Shown: positions 1-13,594 of the stretch, piece after piece
Numbering within the stretch: position 1 is the stretch's first letter
Layout: every line of letters begins with the position of its first letter
DNA from: Octopus bimaculoides
Taxonomy: Eukaryota
NCBI RefSeq assembly: GCF_001194135.2
Contig: NC_068987.1
Coordinates: 28,009,997 to 28,073,996, forward strand
Direction: 5' to 3'
DNA: 64,000 bases
The notes under the pieces: model-generated
Told to the model about the DNA's origin: nothing
Database searches by the model: none
What the model saw: the letters and a program-made list of their open reading frames with translations, nothing else
Position numbers and translations under genes: made by a program

Positions 1-983
1 TCGGTTGTAAAGCAACGTTGGNNNNNNNNNNNNNNNNNNNNNNNNNNNNNNNNNNNNNNNNNNNNNNNNNNNNNNNNNNNNNNNNNNNNNNNNNNNNNNN
101 NNNNNNNNNNNNNNNNNNNNNNNNNNNNNNNNNNNNNNNNNNNNNNNNNNNNNNNNNNNNNNNNNNNNNNNNNNNNNNNNNNNNNNNNNNNNNNNNNNNN
201 NNNNNNNNNNNNNNNNNNNNNNNNNNNNNNNNNNNNNNNNNNNNNNNNNNNNNNNNNNNNNNNNNNNNNNNNNNNNNNNNNNNNNNNNNNNNNNNNNNNN
301 NNNNNNNNNNNNNNNNNNNNNNNNNNNNNNNNNNNNNNNNNNNNNNNNNNNNNNNNNNNNNNNNNNNNNNNNNNNNNNNNNNNNNNNNNNNNNNNNNNNN
401 NNNNNNNNNNNNNNNNNNNNNNNNNNNNNNNNNNNNNNNNNNNNNNNNNNNNNNNNNNNNNNNNNNNNNNNNNNNNNNNNNNNNNNNNNNNNNNNNNNNN
501 NNNNNNNNNNNNNNNNNNNNNNNNNNNNNNNNNNNNNNNNNNNNAGAGAGAGAGAGAGAGAGAGAGAGACATATGTATATGCATACATATATATATATCT
601 ATATGCATTCATAAATTCAAAAAGTTGCATTTAACTTACCAACCAATGTTTTTTAGTCTATGTCCTGTGTTGTAAATAAGTTTGTCTAAATTTCTTGATT
701 GTATATATTTGTCTGTGCATATGTGTATATATATATATATATATATGTCTATATTTTCATGTAAAATTATATACTTATACACACTCTCACACACACATAT
801 ACATACATACACACACACATATATATATATATATATGCATATATAAATATATATGCGTGTGTGTGTGTTTGGCAGGAGCAAGGGAGTGTGTATTCAAATT
901 GTTGAAATACGAATAATCTATTTTAAAAATCATGTTCCATACAGAGATATTGCTGATATATCATTGTTCCAGTGTAAACAGAT

Positions 984-1039
984 TTATATTTCAACAGTTT
1001 CTCTCTCTTTCCAAGCAGTCAGTTTATATATCAGCTTGT
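984..1039 (-). CDS. Possible alternative or additional phase-1 terminal exon of the minus-strand gene: (D)KLIYKLTAWKERETVEI*
   Basis: Strong acceptor tttctatcttttatcatttccacag|AC AAG CTG; open frame to TAA at 986-984; phase 1, same as the 3857 exon. Short, so chance is possible. Confidence 0.25.
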
Positions 1040-1527
1040 CTGTGGAAATGATAAAAGATAGAAAGTAATTTGCTATAAATAAGGAAAAACCATATCATAG
1101 AATAGTTGTCAAAATTGCAGACACTTCCCATGGGCAGGTGATATTTGCTAAAGAGATTATAAAATTCTAGTTATCTGTTACAGCTAGAATCTTATCTTTA
1201 GAGTTTCAATACTTTAAAAATTCACAGTTGTCTTCAACATAATTTTTATATATATTGACAACAACTAAGAACTGAGTTGAAAATTTTCAGACAGAGTAAT
1301 TCATATAGAAATTACAATAAAAATTTAATATATCACTGCACAGCTAAATGTAAACACTTACATATTTGAGAGATTAATATTCCTAATCAGACTATTTCCA
1401 CCTTTAGTGTGGAGCATACTGTGCAACTCTTCTTCTAAATTCAACAGGTTCAAAGAAAATATAAAAATTTAATCATCATCTAAAATTTTTTTAATATGTT
1501 AGGCTTTAAGTGTTTTTTAGAAGACAA

Positions 1528-1565
<38 letters not shown>

Positions 1566-2966
1566 NNNNNNNNNNNNNNNNNNNNNNNNNNNNNNNNNNN
1601 NNNNNNNNNNNNNNNNNNNNNNNNNNNNNNNNNNNNNNNNNNNNNNNNNNNNNNNNNNNNNNNNNNNNNNNNNNNNNNNNNNNNNNNNNNNNNNNNNNNN
1701 NNNNNNNNNNNNNNNNNNNNNNNNNNNNNNNNNNNNNNNNNNNNNNNNNNNNNNNNNNNNNNNNNNNNNNNNNNNNNNNNNNNNNNNNNNNNNNNNNNNN
1801 NNNNNNNNNNNNNNNNNNNNNNNNNNNNNNNNNNNNNNNNNNNNNNNNNNNNNNNNNNNNNNNNNNNNNNNNNNNNNNNNNNNNNNNNNNNNNNNNNNNN
1901 NNNNNNNNNNNNNNNNNNNNNNNNNNNNNNNNNNNNNNNNNNNNNNNNNNNNNNNNNNNNNNNNNNNNNNNNNNNNNNNNNNNNNNNNNNNNNNNNNNNN
2001 NNNNNNNNNNNNNNNNNNNNNNNNNNNNNNNNNNNNNNNNNNNNNNNNNNNNNNNNNNNNNNNNNNNNNNNNNNNNNNNNNNNNNNNNNNNNNNNNNNNN
2101 NNNNNNNNNNNNNNNNNNNNNNNNNNNNNNNNNNNNNNNNNNNNNNNNNNNNNNNNNNNNNNNNNNNNNNNNNNNNNNNNNNNNNNNNNNNNNNNNNNNN
2201 NNNNNNNNNNNNNNNNNNNNNNNNNNNNNNNNNNNNNNNNNNNNNNNNNNNNNNNNNNNNNNNNNNNNNNNNNNNNNNNNNNNNNNNNNNNNNNNNNNNN
2301 NNNNNNNNNNNNNNNNNNNNNNNNNNNNNNNNNNNNNNNNNNNNNNNNNNNNNNNNNNNNNNNNNNNNNNNNNNNNNNNNNNNNNNNNNNNNNNNNNNNN
2401 NNNNNNNNNNNNNNNNNNNNNNNNNNNNNNNNNNNNNNNNNNNNNNNNNNNNNNNNNNNNNNNNNNNNNNNNNNNNNNNNNNNNNNNNNNNNNNNNNNNN
2501 NNNNNNNNNGTGTAAGGAACTCTCTCTCTCCCTCTCACACACACACACACTGACCATATCCCTTCAATATGCTTTAATTTTCTTTATCTTATCCCATTTG
2601 ACATTCTTATTATGACATAACAAGATAAAAAACAAAGCAAATCACCATCCAAGAAAGTTCACCTCACAGAATTATCACCTATATATGCTATCCTTTTCCT
2701 GAATTTCTGGCATTATAATTTCATCTCATCTATGCTCTTGCACAATAATCTCACCAGCTATGATGGAAGATTATGCTCTACAAATGCATAATCAGTTATG
2801 CTCTACAACTGCATAATCACCAGCTGATTCAACCTGTATGAAAATTTGGTACTAAATTGTTGAATCAATGTATTAGTGTATTTTTTATCCACCATTTTAA
2901 TGTTGAGCATGCTTTGTTTTAGATTTTATTCATGTACATACATATACACATACATATTTGTGTATA

Positions 2967-3001
<35 letters not shown>

Positions 3002-3666
3002 CTGTATGATACAAAAAATAGAATATATACATATATATATATGTATATATTTTATTTTTTGTATCATACACACATGCACATACATACACACACACATATA
3101 TATATATGTGTATACACACACTCACACATCACACATATGTAAATAATGTACAGTAAAATGATAAATTATAGCAACAGTTTATCTTAGTGGAACCAACAAG
3201 TGGGAAGTTTAAACCAAATTTAAGCTTAATTTCTCCCCATAATTCTGACCTTCAGTTTATGTTAGAAATGATAATATGCCAGTCTTGAAATCTCTTCCAA
3301 AAATAGGTAAAAGACAGTCAGAAAATGTTGACATTGATAAACATATACACAACCCATATTTCATTTCTCTCCCCCAATTAAATTTGACATAAGCATCAGC
3401 TCTTAAACAATTATTCAAGCCTAGAAGAAGACAATGCTGAATAATCAAACTAATTCTTGTAATAGTCTAGAATGTTCTAGTAATGGATATCATTTTGTAT
3501 AATAAAGATACCATTCTGATTAAATAATTCTACCTTTTAGGCTCTTAAAATCCTTGATGTGTATAGTGAGATTAACTGAACTCACCCGAGCTACTTCCCT
3601 CTTTTATATTCACCTTGCTAGTTAATCTTTAACCAAACCATTCTGACCAGTGAACAGTGAATTTAT

Positions 3667-3857
3667 TTAGTAAGAAGATTCATCAGCAGCAGCACCAACA
3701 TTGCTAATGCTGTTTGCAGGCCTGATACAATGAAAATATGGTTCATTGATTAAGATATTAGTTTCTCTCATTAGATCAATTACAATTTCAGTGAAGTTGA
3801 AGTGCAACAATTTAATGTAGGTTCTAGGACCATAAAAATTCCACTTGGGCAATACTT
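3667..3857 (-). CDS. Terminal coding exon of uncharacterised minus-strand gene: (E)VLPKWNFYGPRTYIKLLHFNFTEIVIDLMRETNILINEPYFHCIRPANSISNVGAAADESSY*
   Basis: Acceptor atttaatgtatttcag|AA GTA TTG; 62 sense codons in unique AT-rich sequence, while the other two frames stop early; AATAAA overlaps the stop (3667-3662). Confidence 0.65.
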
Positions 3858-3876
3858 CTGAAATACATTAAATATC

Positions 3877-3950
3877 TCTTCTTCTTCTTCTTCTTCTTCT
3901 TCTTCTTCTTCTTCTTCTTCGTTTTCTTCTTCTGCATCTTCTTCTTCCTT
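3877..3950. repeat. (CTT)n/(GAA)n trinucleotide tract
   Basis: Pure CTT run from about 3877 to 3920, degenerate to about 3950. Confidence 0.95.
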
Positions 3951-4272
3951 ATTGTTGTCTTCCTTCTCATCAACATTATTATTGCATTGCCATTAGCAAC
4001 AGCAAAATTAACTCCTGAGGGATCAGCAATATTAACAATATCTTACAAACATACCACCTTTAGATACAGTGTCAGCATTGCTACCATCATCACAACCATC
4101 ATTGTTTTTGTTGTGAACATGTTCAGCATCATCTCTCTCTTTTCATTTACAATTATATATATGTGTGTCTATATGTAGTATAGATGTAGTTTATGTCTGT
4201 CTGTTTGTCCACCTGTCTCTCTGTATGCCTGCCTGCATGTATGTCTACATATATACAAAAGTACATGTGTAT

Positions 4273-4303
<31 letters not shown>

Positions 4304-5209
4304 GTGTCTATATATGTCTGTATACACATACATACACATAGATTTGTAATTTATATATATATAAATTACAAATCTATGTGTATGTATGTGTATACATGTG
4401 TGTGTGTGTGGTGTGTGTGTGTGTGGTGTGTGTGTGTGTGTGTGTTGTGGGATAAATATTCTAATAACAAATTATGTGTATTGTGCAAAATATTGCAATA
4501 CATTAATTTTTAAGTTACACTTGCTAAATATTTCCAACTTCTCAAGGCAAAGATAAGAAAGAAATAAAAACAAAAATCAAAAACAACCTAAGAATAACAA
4601 ATAAATTCTAGTGTTCTCAGATTTCTGATAAACAGGTTAAGTATTGGAGAAATGAATGAATCTTTAATAGTGTTTTTATTTTTCAACTATCCACTAAACC
4701 TTTATTGTTGTGTTTTAACAAAGCTACTAACTTCTTTTAAACAATGCATTGTCTACAACAATAAAAAGGGAATTGTTTCCATCAGGTATAAATGATGAAT
4801 ATAAGAAAAAAAGTTTTAGAAAAATTATATAAAAAATAACAAAACAACAAAAAATAAAACTGATTTGTGAAAAATTCAGAAATTTGCTACATTTTTATCA
4901 TTTTCATCACACAATACATATTTAATATTTTATGAGAAGTAAATCATCAGGATTGTGAAAAGAGTAAAAAATAAGTAGAAAAAGAAATGAAACTTCTATA
5001 GAATCTTAAAAGAAAATAATACCAACTATCAAATTCCATTTTAAAATGCAAGTATTGTTTCATGTTTATAGAGAAATATATATATTTTTTTAATACTACT
5101 TTGAGTCATATCATATTTCAAACAAGTATAGGGCATATTAACAAGTTTGTTTATAAATTATTATTATTTTATGAATTATAGTTTGAAATTTTGGTCAAAA
5201 CATCTGTCT

Positions 5210-5510
5210 TTTATATTTTAACGTGTGAGAGCAAAGGATATTGACTGTGTAAATTTACCATTTTAAAATCCTTTTGTTACTCTGTTTCTGTTAAAATAAA
5301 CTGCTTTATTTCATTTAATTTTAAAAACAATGAAGAACTTAGCAAACTAATTTTGTCATTATTCTGCTGATGTTTGGGACATAAATTAATACGGAATTTT
5401 GATGCAAGCTGTTAATTTACATTTTACGTAAAATAGACAATTTCTATCTCTATCAAAGAACCAGTGGGTGTTACAGGCAGTTTGGTATCATAAAGGTTAC
5501 ATTTCAGTTT
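5210..5510. mobile_element. Degenerate non-autonomous DNA element (piggyBac-like MITE)
   Basis: Contains ccttttgttac near the left and ends ggtatcataaaggttaca, resembling CCCTTT-type termini with TTAA flanks; decayed. Confidence 0.35.
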
Positions 5511-5861
5511 CTACTTGGTTGTCTCTCTACTATTTATTCTCTCCTTTCTGTTCTCAAATGCTGCTGTTAATTGGATGGAAATGGTACTATTTTGTTCCAA
5601 TTTACTGAGGGAATGATGCAATTCCAGTAATGAAATTCTATATAAAAGATTACTTCTCAGGTGTGGACTCTATTAAATTATGATCTACTACAGATTATGG
5701 AAAGTTAAGTCAAAGTAAGGGATGAGAAATATTTTTCTTGCATGTTTTAGCCAAATATAAACAAAATAAGGAATATCAAGCTACCAAAAACAAAGTCCAG
5801 AATTACACTAGAATTGTGCATATTTACACACAGACATGCAAACAGAGGCAGGAACACAGAG

Positions 5862-5944
<83 letters not shown>

Positions 5945-6016
5945 TACAAATATGGTTTTATATATGCATGTGCATGTGTGTGCTTTTGTGTACATATATA
6001 CACACATACATACACA

Positions 6017-6253
6017 CATTCTTTGCTTTTATTCTTTTATTTGCTTCAGTCATTTAATTGTGGCTATGCTGGAGCACTGCTTTGAAGAGTTTTAGTCAAA
6101 CAAATTGACTCTAGGGCTCATTTTTTGTAAGCCTAGTACTTAATCTATTGGTCTATTATGCTGAATCGCTAAATTACATGATGCAGACACACCAACGCTG
6201 AGATGATACACAGACATAAAGACACACACACGCATAGATATATACATACCTAC

Positions 6254-6284
<31 letters not shown>

Positions 6285-6432
6285 CATATATATATATAAA
6301 GGGCTTCTTTCAGTTTCCATGTACTAAATTCACTCACAAGTCTTTAGAAGAAGACACTTGCCCAAGGTTTCATACAGTGGGACTGAATCTGGAACCATGT
6401 GGTTGGGAAGCAAGCTTCTTACCACACAGCCA
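6017..6432 (-). mobile_element. tRNA-derived SINE, family A (internal microsatellite)
   Basis: Reverse complement of the head tggctgtgtgg...ggttcagtccca...ccttgggcaagtgtcttct and tail cagcatggcc...atgactgaaacaagtaaaag; about 12 similar copies in the window. Confidence 0.85.
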
Positions 6433-6456
6433 TGTCTATACATACACACACACATT

Positions 6457-6682
6457 ACTCTTTACTCTTTTACTTGTTTCAGTCATTTGACTGCAACCAT
6501 GCTGGAGCACCGCCTTTAGTTGAGTAAATCAACCCCAGGACTTATTTGTGTAAGCCTAGTACTTATTCTATCGTACTCTTTTGCTGAACCACTAAGTTAC
6601 AGGGATGTAAACACACTAACATCGGTTGTCAAGCGATACTGGGGGGACAAACACAGACACACAAACATATACCCACACATAC

Positions 6683-6730
<48 letters not shown>

Positions 6731-6880
6731 GGCTTCTTTCAGTTTCCGTTTACCAAATCCACTCACAAGTCTTTGGTCGGCCCGAGGCTATAGTAGAAGA
6801 CACATGCCCAAGGTGCCATGATGCAGTGGGACTGAACCGGGAATCATGTGGTTGGTAAGCAAGCTACTTTTCACACAACC
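6457..6880 (-). mobile_element. tRNA-derived SINE, family A, tandem to the previous copy
   Basis: Well-preserved copy from actcttttactcttttacttgtttcagtc to gtggttggtaagcaagctac. Confidence 0.9.
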
Positions 6881-6904
6881 ATATATATATACATATGCAT
6901 ATGC

Positions 6905-7095
6905 ATATATTGTTATATTTCAGGACGGTCATATTTTTTCTTTAATTTTTTTGCCAAATAGACACATGCACTATATATTTGTTCCTCATTCATTTATTAC
7001 TGTTCTTATTCTAACTCATGTCCATTGTCTGGAAACCTTTCCTCACACATCTGTGACCTTTTCAGCGACACTTACAAGCATGAAAAACAGGCTGT
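6905..7095. repeat. Dispersed repeat shared with 52220-52480
   Basis: ttgttatatttcag...tttgccaaata...acatgcact.tatatt...ctcatgtccattgtct.gaaa occurs at both loci. Confidence 0.75.
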
Positions 7096-7485
7096 TAAAA
7101 TGAAAATGATATATATGTGTATATATACATACGTACACACACACACCACGCACACATGTATATATATATATATATATATACAAACACACATCTATGTATT
7201 TGTCTATCTCATCTGTTGGAGACATAGTAGGGAAAACTGCTGTGCTGATGACGACTACTGAGACAAAAACATGTCCACGACTGCCCTTTTGTCTAACTGT
7301 CTTTTCTTTAATGTTATGTCATTCTCAGAGAATTCCTGATTCCTGAGATTATCTTGCCTCTCCATTTTGAATTGTTCACAACTGCTGCAAGTCATTATTT
7401 ACTCTTGTCTCAACGGGAAGACAATTTCCATAAATCAAGAACTTTTCTCATATGGTATTTGATATATCTTTATTTACACACACAC

Positions 7486-7529
<44 letters not shown>

Positions 7530-8449
7530 GTGAAACAATAGGTATGTATATGCATTTGCAAGTAAGGATTGTATGAAAAATAACACATGTGTGTGAAGTG
7601 TGTGTACATGTTTATTCCAGCCTCTATGCAAAAATCACAAAGCTAAGGACTAGAAGAAATGAAATTGTTCCACTGGGAATATCAAACTTTCAAACTTTTT
7701 TCTGCAGTCTCAGTACACTTCGAATCAAGTGCTTATTCACATGATGCAGATGTAACTTTTCCTCTCTCAATTTCTCTCCCTTTCTCTTACATTTATGCGT
7801 ATACGCATGTATGTAGACATACGTTTATAAAGACATGTGTATATGCTTATGTATGTATAAGTGAGTGTGTATGTTTGTGTGTATATATGTATATATATAT
7901 ATATATATATATACGTGTGTGTGTGTGTGTGTGTATAGAAAGAGAGAGAGATAAACAGATAGATAGATACCTAGATAGATGTATATAAGTAACTATCTAT
8001 ATTCATATGTATATGTACATATATATACATATATATATATACATATATATATACATATACATATATATATACATATATATATACATATATATATACATAT
8101 ATATATACATATATATATACATATATATACATATATATACATATATATACATATATATACATATATAAATATANNNNNNNNNNNNNNNNNNNNNNNNNNN
8201 NNNNNNNNNNNNNNNNNNNNNNNNNNNNNNNNNNNNNNNNNNNNNNNNNNNNNNNNNNNNNNNNNNNNNNNNNNNNNNNNNNNNNNNNNNNNNNNNNNNN
8301 NNNNNNNNNNNNNNNNNNNNNNNNNNNNNNNNNNNNNNNNNNNNNNNNNNNNNNNNNNNNNNNNNNNNNNNNNNNNNNNNNNNNNNNNNNNNNNNNNNNN
8401 NNNNNNNNNNNNNNNNNATATATATATACATATATATATATATATACAC

Positions 8450-8521
<72 letters not shown>

Positions 8522-8794
8522 ATGTATATATGTATGCATGTATGCATGCATGTATATGAAGCACATACATATGTATTAGTCCTCATCTCAGAATTACAGA
8601 ACCGCAAAACACATATATACCCATACAATATTAATCTTAGCTTTCACTACTTCTTCTACATCAGATATCTTAACTTTATAAACACAATTGAAGAAATTAA
8701 TGAGACACAAACGAAACAAACTTTAATGTATAAGGCCATACGTTTATTAAGTATTTTCCCATTACACTGATGTCAAGGGACTAAATTCAATTAC

Positions 8795-8861
8795 CTCAAT
8801 GTCTATATAAATTTAGTTTGGGTTTATAAAATTCGTCTGGTGTTGGATATATGTAATTCTC
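8795..8861 (-). CDS. Penultimate exon of the minus-strand gene: ENYIYPTPDEFYKPKLNLYRH[TGA]G|
   Basis: Acceptor ttctgcaatcattaacag|GAG and donor GAG|gtaatt; 67 nt, phase 0 to 1, matching the phase-1 terminal exon. In-frame TGA at 8798-8796; the other two frames contain TAA. Confidence 0.55.
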
Positions 8862-9369
8862 CTGTTAATGATTGCAGAATAACACCTACTTAGTTTTCAA
8901 TTTCTGGCTTAACAGTTTGACTTAGTGTGTTTGTAAATGTGCCATCACTATCATAGCACATTTACATCATCATCATCACGACCATCATCATCATCATCTT
9001 TATCGTGATCATAATCATGATTTTTTTTTTTAACGTGCATGTTTCATACTAACATGAGTTAGATAGGTCTTCACAGTCTCACTCAGTTCTTACACAGATT
9101 TACTCCCTTCCAATCCTATATTGGTTGAAGAACTTCGTTCAGCTCACACATTCCATTTTTTAGCCTAGTTTCTATGGATGGGTTTCATTTCTAACACTCG
9201 AAGGAAAATACTTTCATGCATGGCAAGTATCAACTGACTTAATTCACTTTTATAGCGTTTCACTTTATAAAACATATATTCATACTCATGTATTGGGTTC
9301 AGTTTTTCCTGTTTGTCACATCAAATCTCTCAATTTGTATGTGTGTGTGTGTGTGTGTGTGTACATTGG

Positions 9370-9600
9370 TTAGTTGTTAGGGAGTTGCACTCATGATTGT
9401 AAGGTTATGGTTTCAGTACCTGAACTAGGTGAAGCATTGTGTCCTTGAGCAAAACACTTCTTATCACATTGCTCCAGTCCATTCACCTGGTAAAAATAAA
9501 TAATCCTGCAATGGATTGGTGTCCTGTCCAGGTGGAGAATATATACACCACATAATCTGGGGAACTGGTGATATGAGTCTATCATTCAGGAAAGACCTTT
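9370..9600 (+). mobile_element. tRNA-derived SINE, family C (degenerate)
   Basis: tggttagttgttaggg...ccttgagcaaaacacttc...cattgctccagtccattcacctggtaaaaat, similar to copies at 27870, 33350, 40240, 40770 and 49640. Confidence 0.7.
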
Positions 9601-11832
9601 CATTGTTTCTTATGATATATATATTTAAAAATATAATATGTGACAGTTGGTTGTCATAATAAAATTCAGAGTTTCAGATACCGGAGCTGAAGTCTGCTCC
9701 AGTATCTCATCAGTGATTAAGACAAAACACTATGAAAAAAAAAGCTGTTGAATAAAGTAAAATTACTCCAATAGGTATGGTGAAAGTAATACTTCAATCA
9801 TAGAATCCACATACACACACACATATACTCACACACACACACACACATATTTATGTATATTTATCTATATACATACTCACACACGGGTGTACATATACAT
9901 ACAAACACACATATATACATATATGTGTGTCTACGCATACATGCGCATACACATGTGTATATATATATCCATGTACGCATCACTACAATTGTAACTTTTA
10001 TAGCTGTAATAGATGATATATTGTCGGATATTGTCAGGAAAAATAAGTATATTTTCAGTCTTGAATTATGAAATGACTCATTTGAAGACTATGTTTAGGA
10101 ATTTTCAAACATAAACAAACAACTAATTAGGGCACATATTTCATGTAATTAAAAATTTATCGTTTAAAATTTAGCTAATATTGAACGTTGAGATGCTGTT
10201 AAAACAACAAATTTATTTGAAAAATAGATCTGTTATATTTAAATTGAGACTTTATACATATATATTGAGGAACTTTTTATCAGTATATTTGGTTAAACCT
10301 AGTTGACACCTGGATTGTTTTTAACAATCTCTTACAAGGATATTGGCTCCTCGAATTTGTGTTTATATATATATATACACGCATATACACATACACACAC
10401 ACACAGACACATGCACACATACACACTCACAATTGCACATATGCTTATATACATGTGTATGCAAAGGCACACACATAAATGCAAAGGCACATAGAATTTT
10501 ATTATAAATGTGATTCTTCTCTTAACATTGAGTTTCCTGCATCACCACTAACAGAGTTGTATTTATAGAATTCCTTCAAAATAACCATCCATCTAAATTA
10601 ATATATACACACATATAAATATATAAACAAATGCATGTATGCATGTTTGCATATGATTATATATATANNNNNNNNNNNNNNNNNNNNNNNNNNNNNNNNN
10701 NNNNNNNNNNNNNNNNNNNNNNNNNNNNNNNNNNNNNNNNNNNNNNNNNNNNNNNNNNNNNNNNNNNNNNNNNNNNNNNNNNNNNNNNNNNNNNNNNNNN
10801 NNNNNNNNNNNNNNNNNNNNNNNNNNNNNNNNNNNNNNNNNNNNNNNNNNNNNNNNNNNNNNNNNNNNNNNNNNNNNNNNNNNTATATATATATATATAT
10901 ATATTATAGGCAGAGAGCAAGTACTCTAGTGAAATTGAGAAACAAACGTATCTACAACAGCCATAATTATTACTGTAAATGATGTAAACTATATTGCAAA
11001 AAATACTCTAAAGAACTATTCTACAATTTTTATTAAAATAACTCTAATATAACATAGGTTTACATTTATATCTTTCTGTAAATTATTATATTCTATTGTA
11101 TTTTCAGATACAACAAACACTGTTTATCATTGTTCACCAGAGTAGCTGGTACAACTGAATATAAGGGATAAAAACAATAGTGAAATGTATAGAGAAAGTC
11201 ATGAAACAATATGTAAACACCATATTCTCCTGGTAATTGTCTTGAGAGGTTTGTAACTATAAAATAACTTTAAGAAAATGTCCATAACAAAATAAGATAA
11301 TCAAAATTGTACTTAACAAACAAATAGCAAAAACCCAACCAAAAACTAAAAACAAAGAAAGCAATTTTTTGATAAAAATATGTATGTATATGTTGCTGTT
11401 GTTCTTTAGCATTGGTGTGTATTTGTTTAGAGAGACATAAATAGACATGCATATTACTGTTTCTGTTGTATGATTATCCCTACCATTCACCATCCCCTAA
11501 GATATACATGAGCTTATACATATGCATGTATGTATGTATGTATGCATGCATGTATTCATGTATGTTTGGATGCATATACATAAGTATGTATGTATATATA
11601 CGCAGATGCATATTCCTATACAGATATGCAGTTAAATATATTGTAAAAAACATACACTGAAGAATTATAACACAAAAATTATAACAACAGACACATATAT
11701 ATATATTGGTAGTCACACTTATAGAAATGTACTTATATTTGTGTCTGACTATAATTATACACTTAAATGAATATCAATAAACACACACACACATATTTAT
11801 ATACGTGAGTATGTGTGTGTGTATGTGTATAT

Positions 11833-11891
<59 letters not shown>

Positions 11892-13594
11892 CATACATAT
11901 ATACATATATATACATACATACATATATATATATATGTATATATATGTGTGTGCGTATATACATGTAGAGAGAGAGGATACTAATATGCATACACAAACT
12001 TACACATAAATGTATATACATGTATGTATAGGTATATTCATACATGTTTGAATAACATAACTATACCGATTGCATGAATATACATGCATGCCTATATACA
12101 TACATATGCACATACATATAATGTAGGTATATATATGTACATACATACATAGTTATAAATATCTACACAGTCCCAAACAAAAACTGATTGTTATGGTGTT
12201 GAAATTTTCTGAATTTTCTATCCTCTTGGGATGCTGAGTAAAATTGTCATATGTTAAACTTTATGAGATATTCTCCGCTCAACAGCTTTATTTTAAAAGA
12301 AATTGCAATAAGTAAATACATAAACAGATAGATAGATTGACAAGTAAACAGATAAGTAAATAAATATCTAGATAGATAAAACACATAGAGGAAACTCAAA
12401 ATATTTCTGTTTTTTAATAGAAAGTCTAAGCAAAGTCAGGGAGTTAACATTTTACATCATTCAATTGAGGATGTTGATAATGAAATATCATTAGTTTAAA
12501 GAGGAAAATTCATAATATATGGTTTTAGTTGTTTATTTGTTAGTGTTATTTAAGTTTAGCCCCAGGTTAACTTAGATTAATCAAGCCAATGATCAAAAGA
12601 GCCCTTCTTATCTGTCTCTTTTTCTCTTTTGTTAGACTTATTGTTGTCTTATATTATTTGTTTGATAAGATAGTAGGGTGTGTTGGTTCTAACTAGCAGA
12701 GGGAGAAAGAAAGAGATGGAGGTGAGAGTGGGGAGAAGAGTGAGTGGGGGAGGGAGCAGGGAAGAAGAGAGAGAGCACTAGAGGGTGTAGTGGTGAGATC
12801 AAAAATAAAAAAATAAAACAGGATAAAATAACAAAAGTCAATTAGATGTATGCAGTGAATATATCAGATTGACACTCAGTTTTAGATGGGGAAAATAAGT
12901 GTGGAAATGGCGTTCCAAGTATGGTTCTTCATCAGAAAGCGGCCTATGTTGGCGTGTCTAAAGATTTAGTTTTTACCACCGCTAAAAATTGATCAGGGCT
13001 ATGTTTGTATTTTAATGGGTATATAAACCCACATTGCCTTTAACTCATTTACTCATGTTTTTTTTTTCTCTATTCGAAAACTATTGCAACTTACATATGA
13101 TACTAAACCAATTAGCAAAGGCATGGTGCTTGCTACCATGCTATTTTTACTGACAAGTGATGTACACTACAATTCTAATTCAATATGTTTATGCCTAGTA
13201 AAATGGAACTACCTACTTTGGTGGGGTGGGGTAGGAAAGCCATTTCATTCTCATTAGTTATATTCATAATTCATCCGATATGTGGTTTCATGTACCCCAA
13301 TGTATTGCTTTGTCTGTCTTTGTGCTGTTCCCTCTATGTTATAGCTGTAGTGCCAAAATAAAGAGAGTATCTAAGAATAAGAATGCACCCTTTGAAGTAC
13401 TTTGATACAGTTGCCATTTATAAGGCTTTTGATTGCTCTAAGGCCATGGTAGTAGATATTTTTCTAAGGTGTTCAACAGTGACTCAATGAAGTTTACAAA
13501 GTGAGATCTTTAGTCATGCAGCAATACTTACTCCTTGGAAAAGCCAATAATGTATATTCTACTAACGAGAATGTACTACATCACTCTTGTATTT

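Noticed and set aside
3250-3666. SECIS element that would make the UGA a selenocysteine codon
   Set aside because: No convincing RUGA...AA...GA stem-loop by eye, and an AATAAA overlapping the stop suggests a very short 3' UTR; a formal search is still needed.
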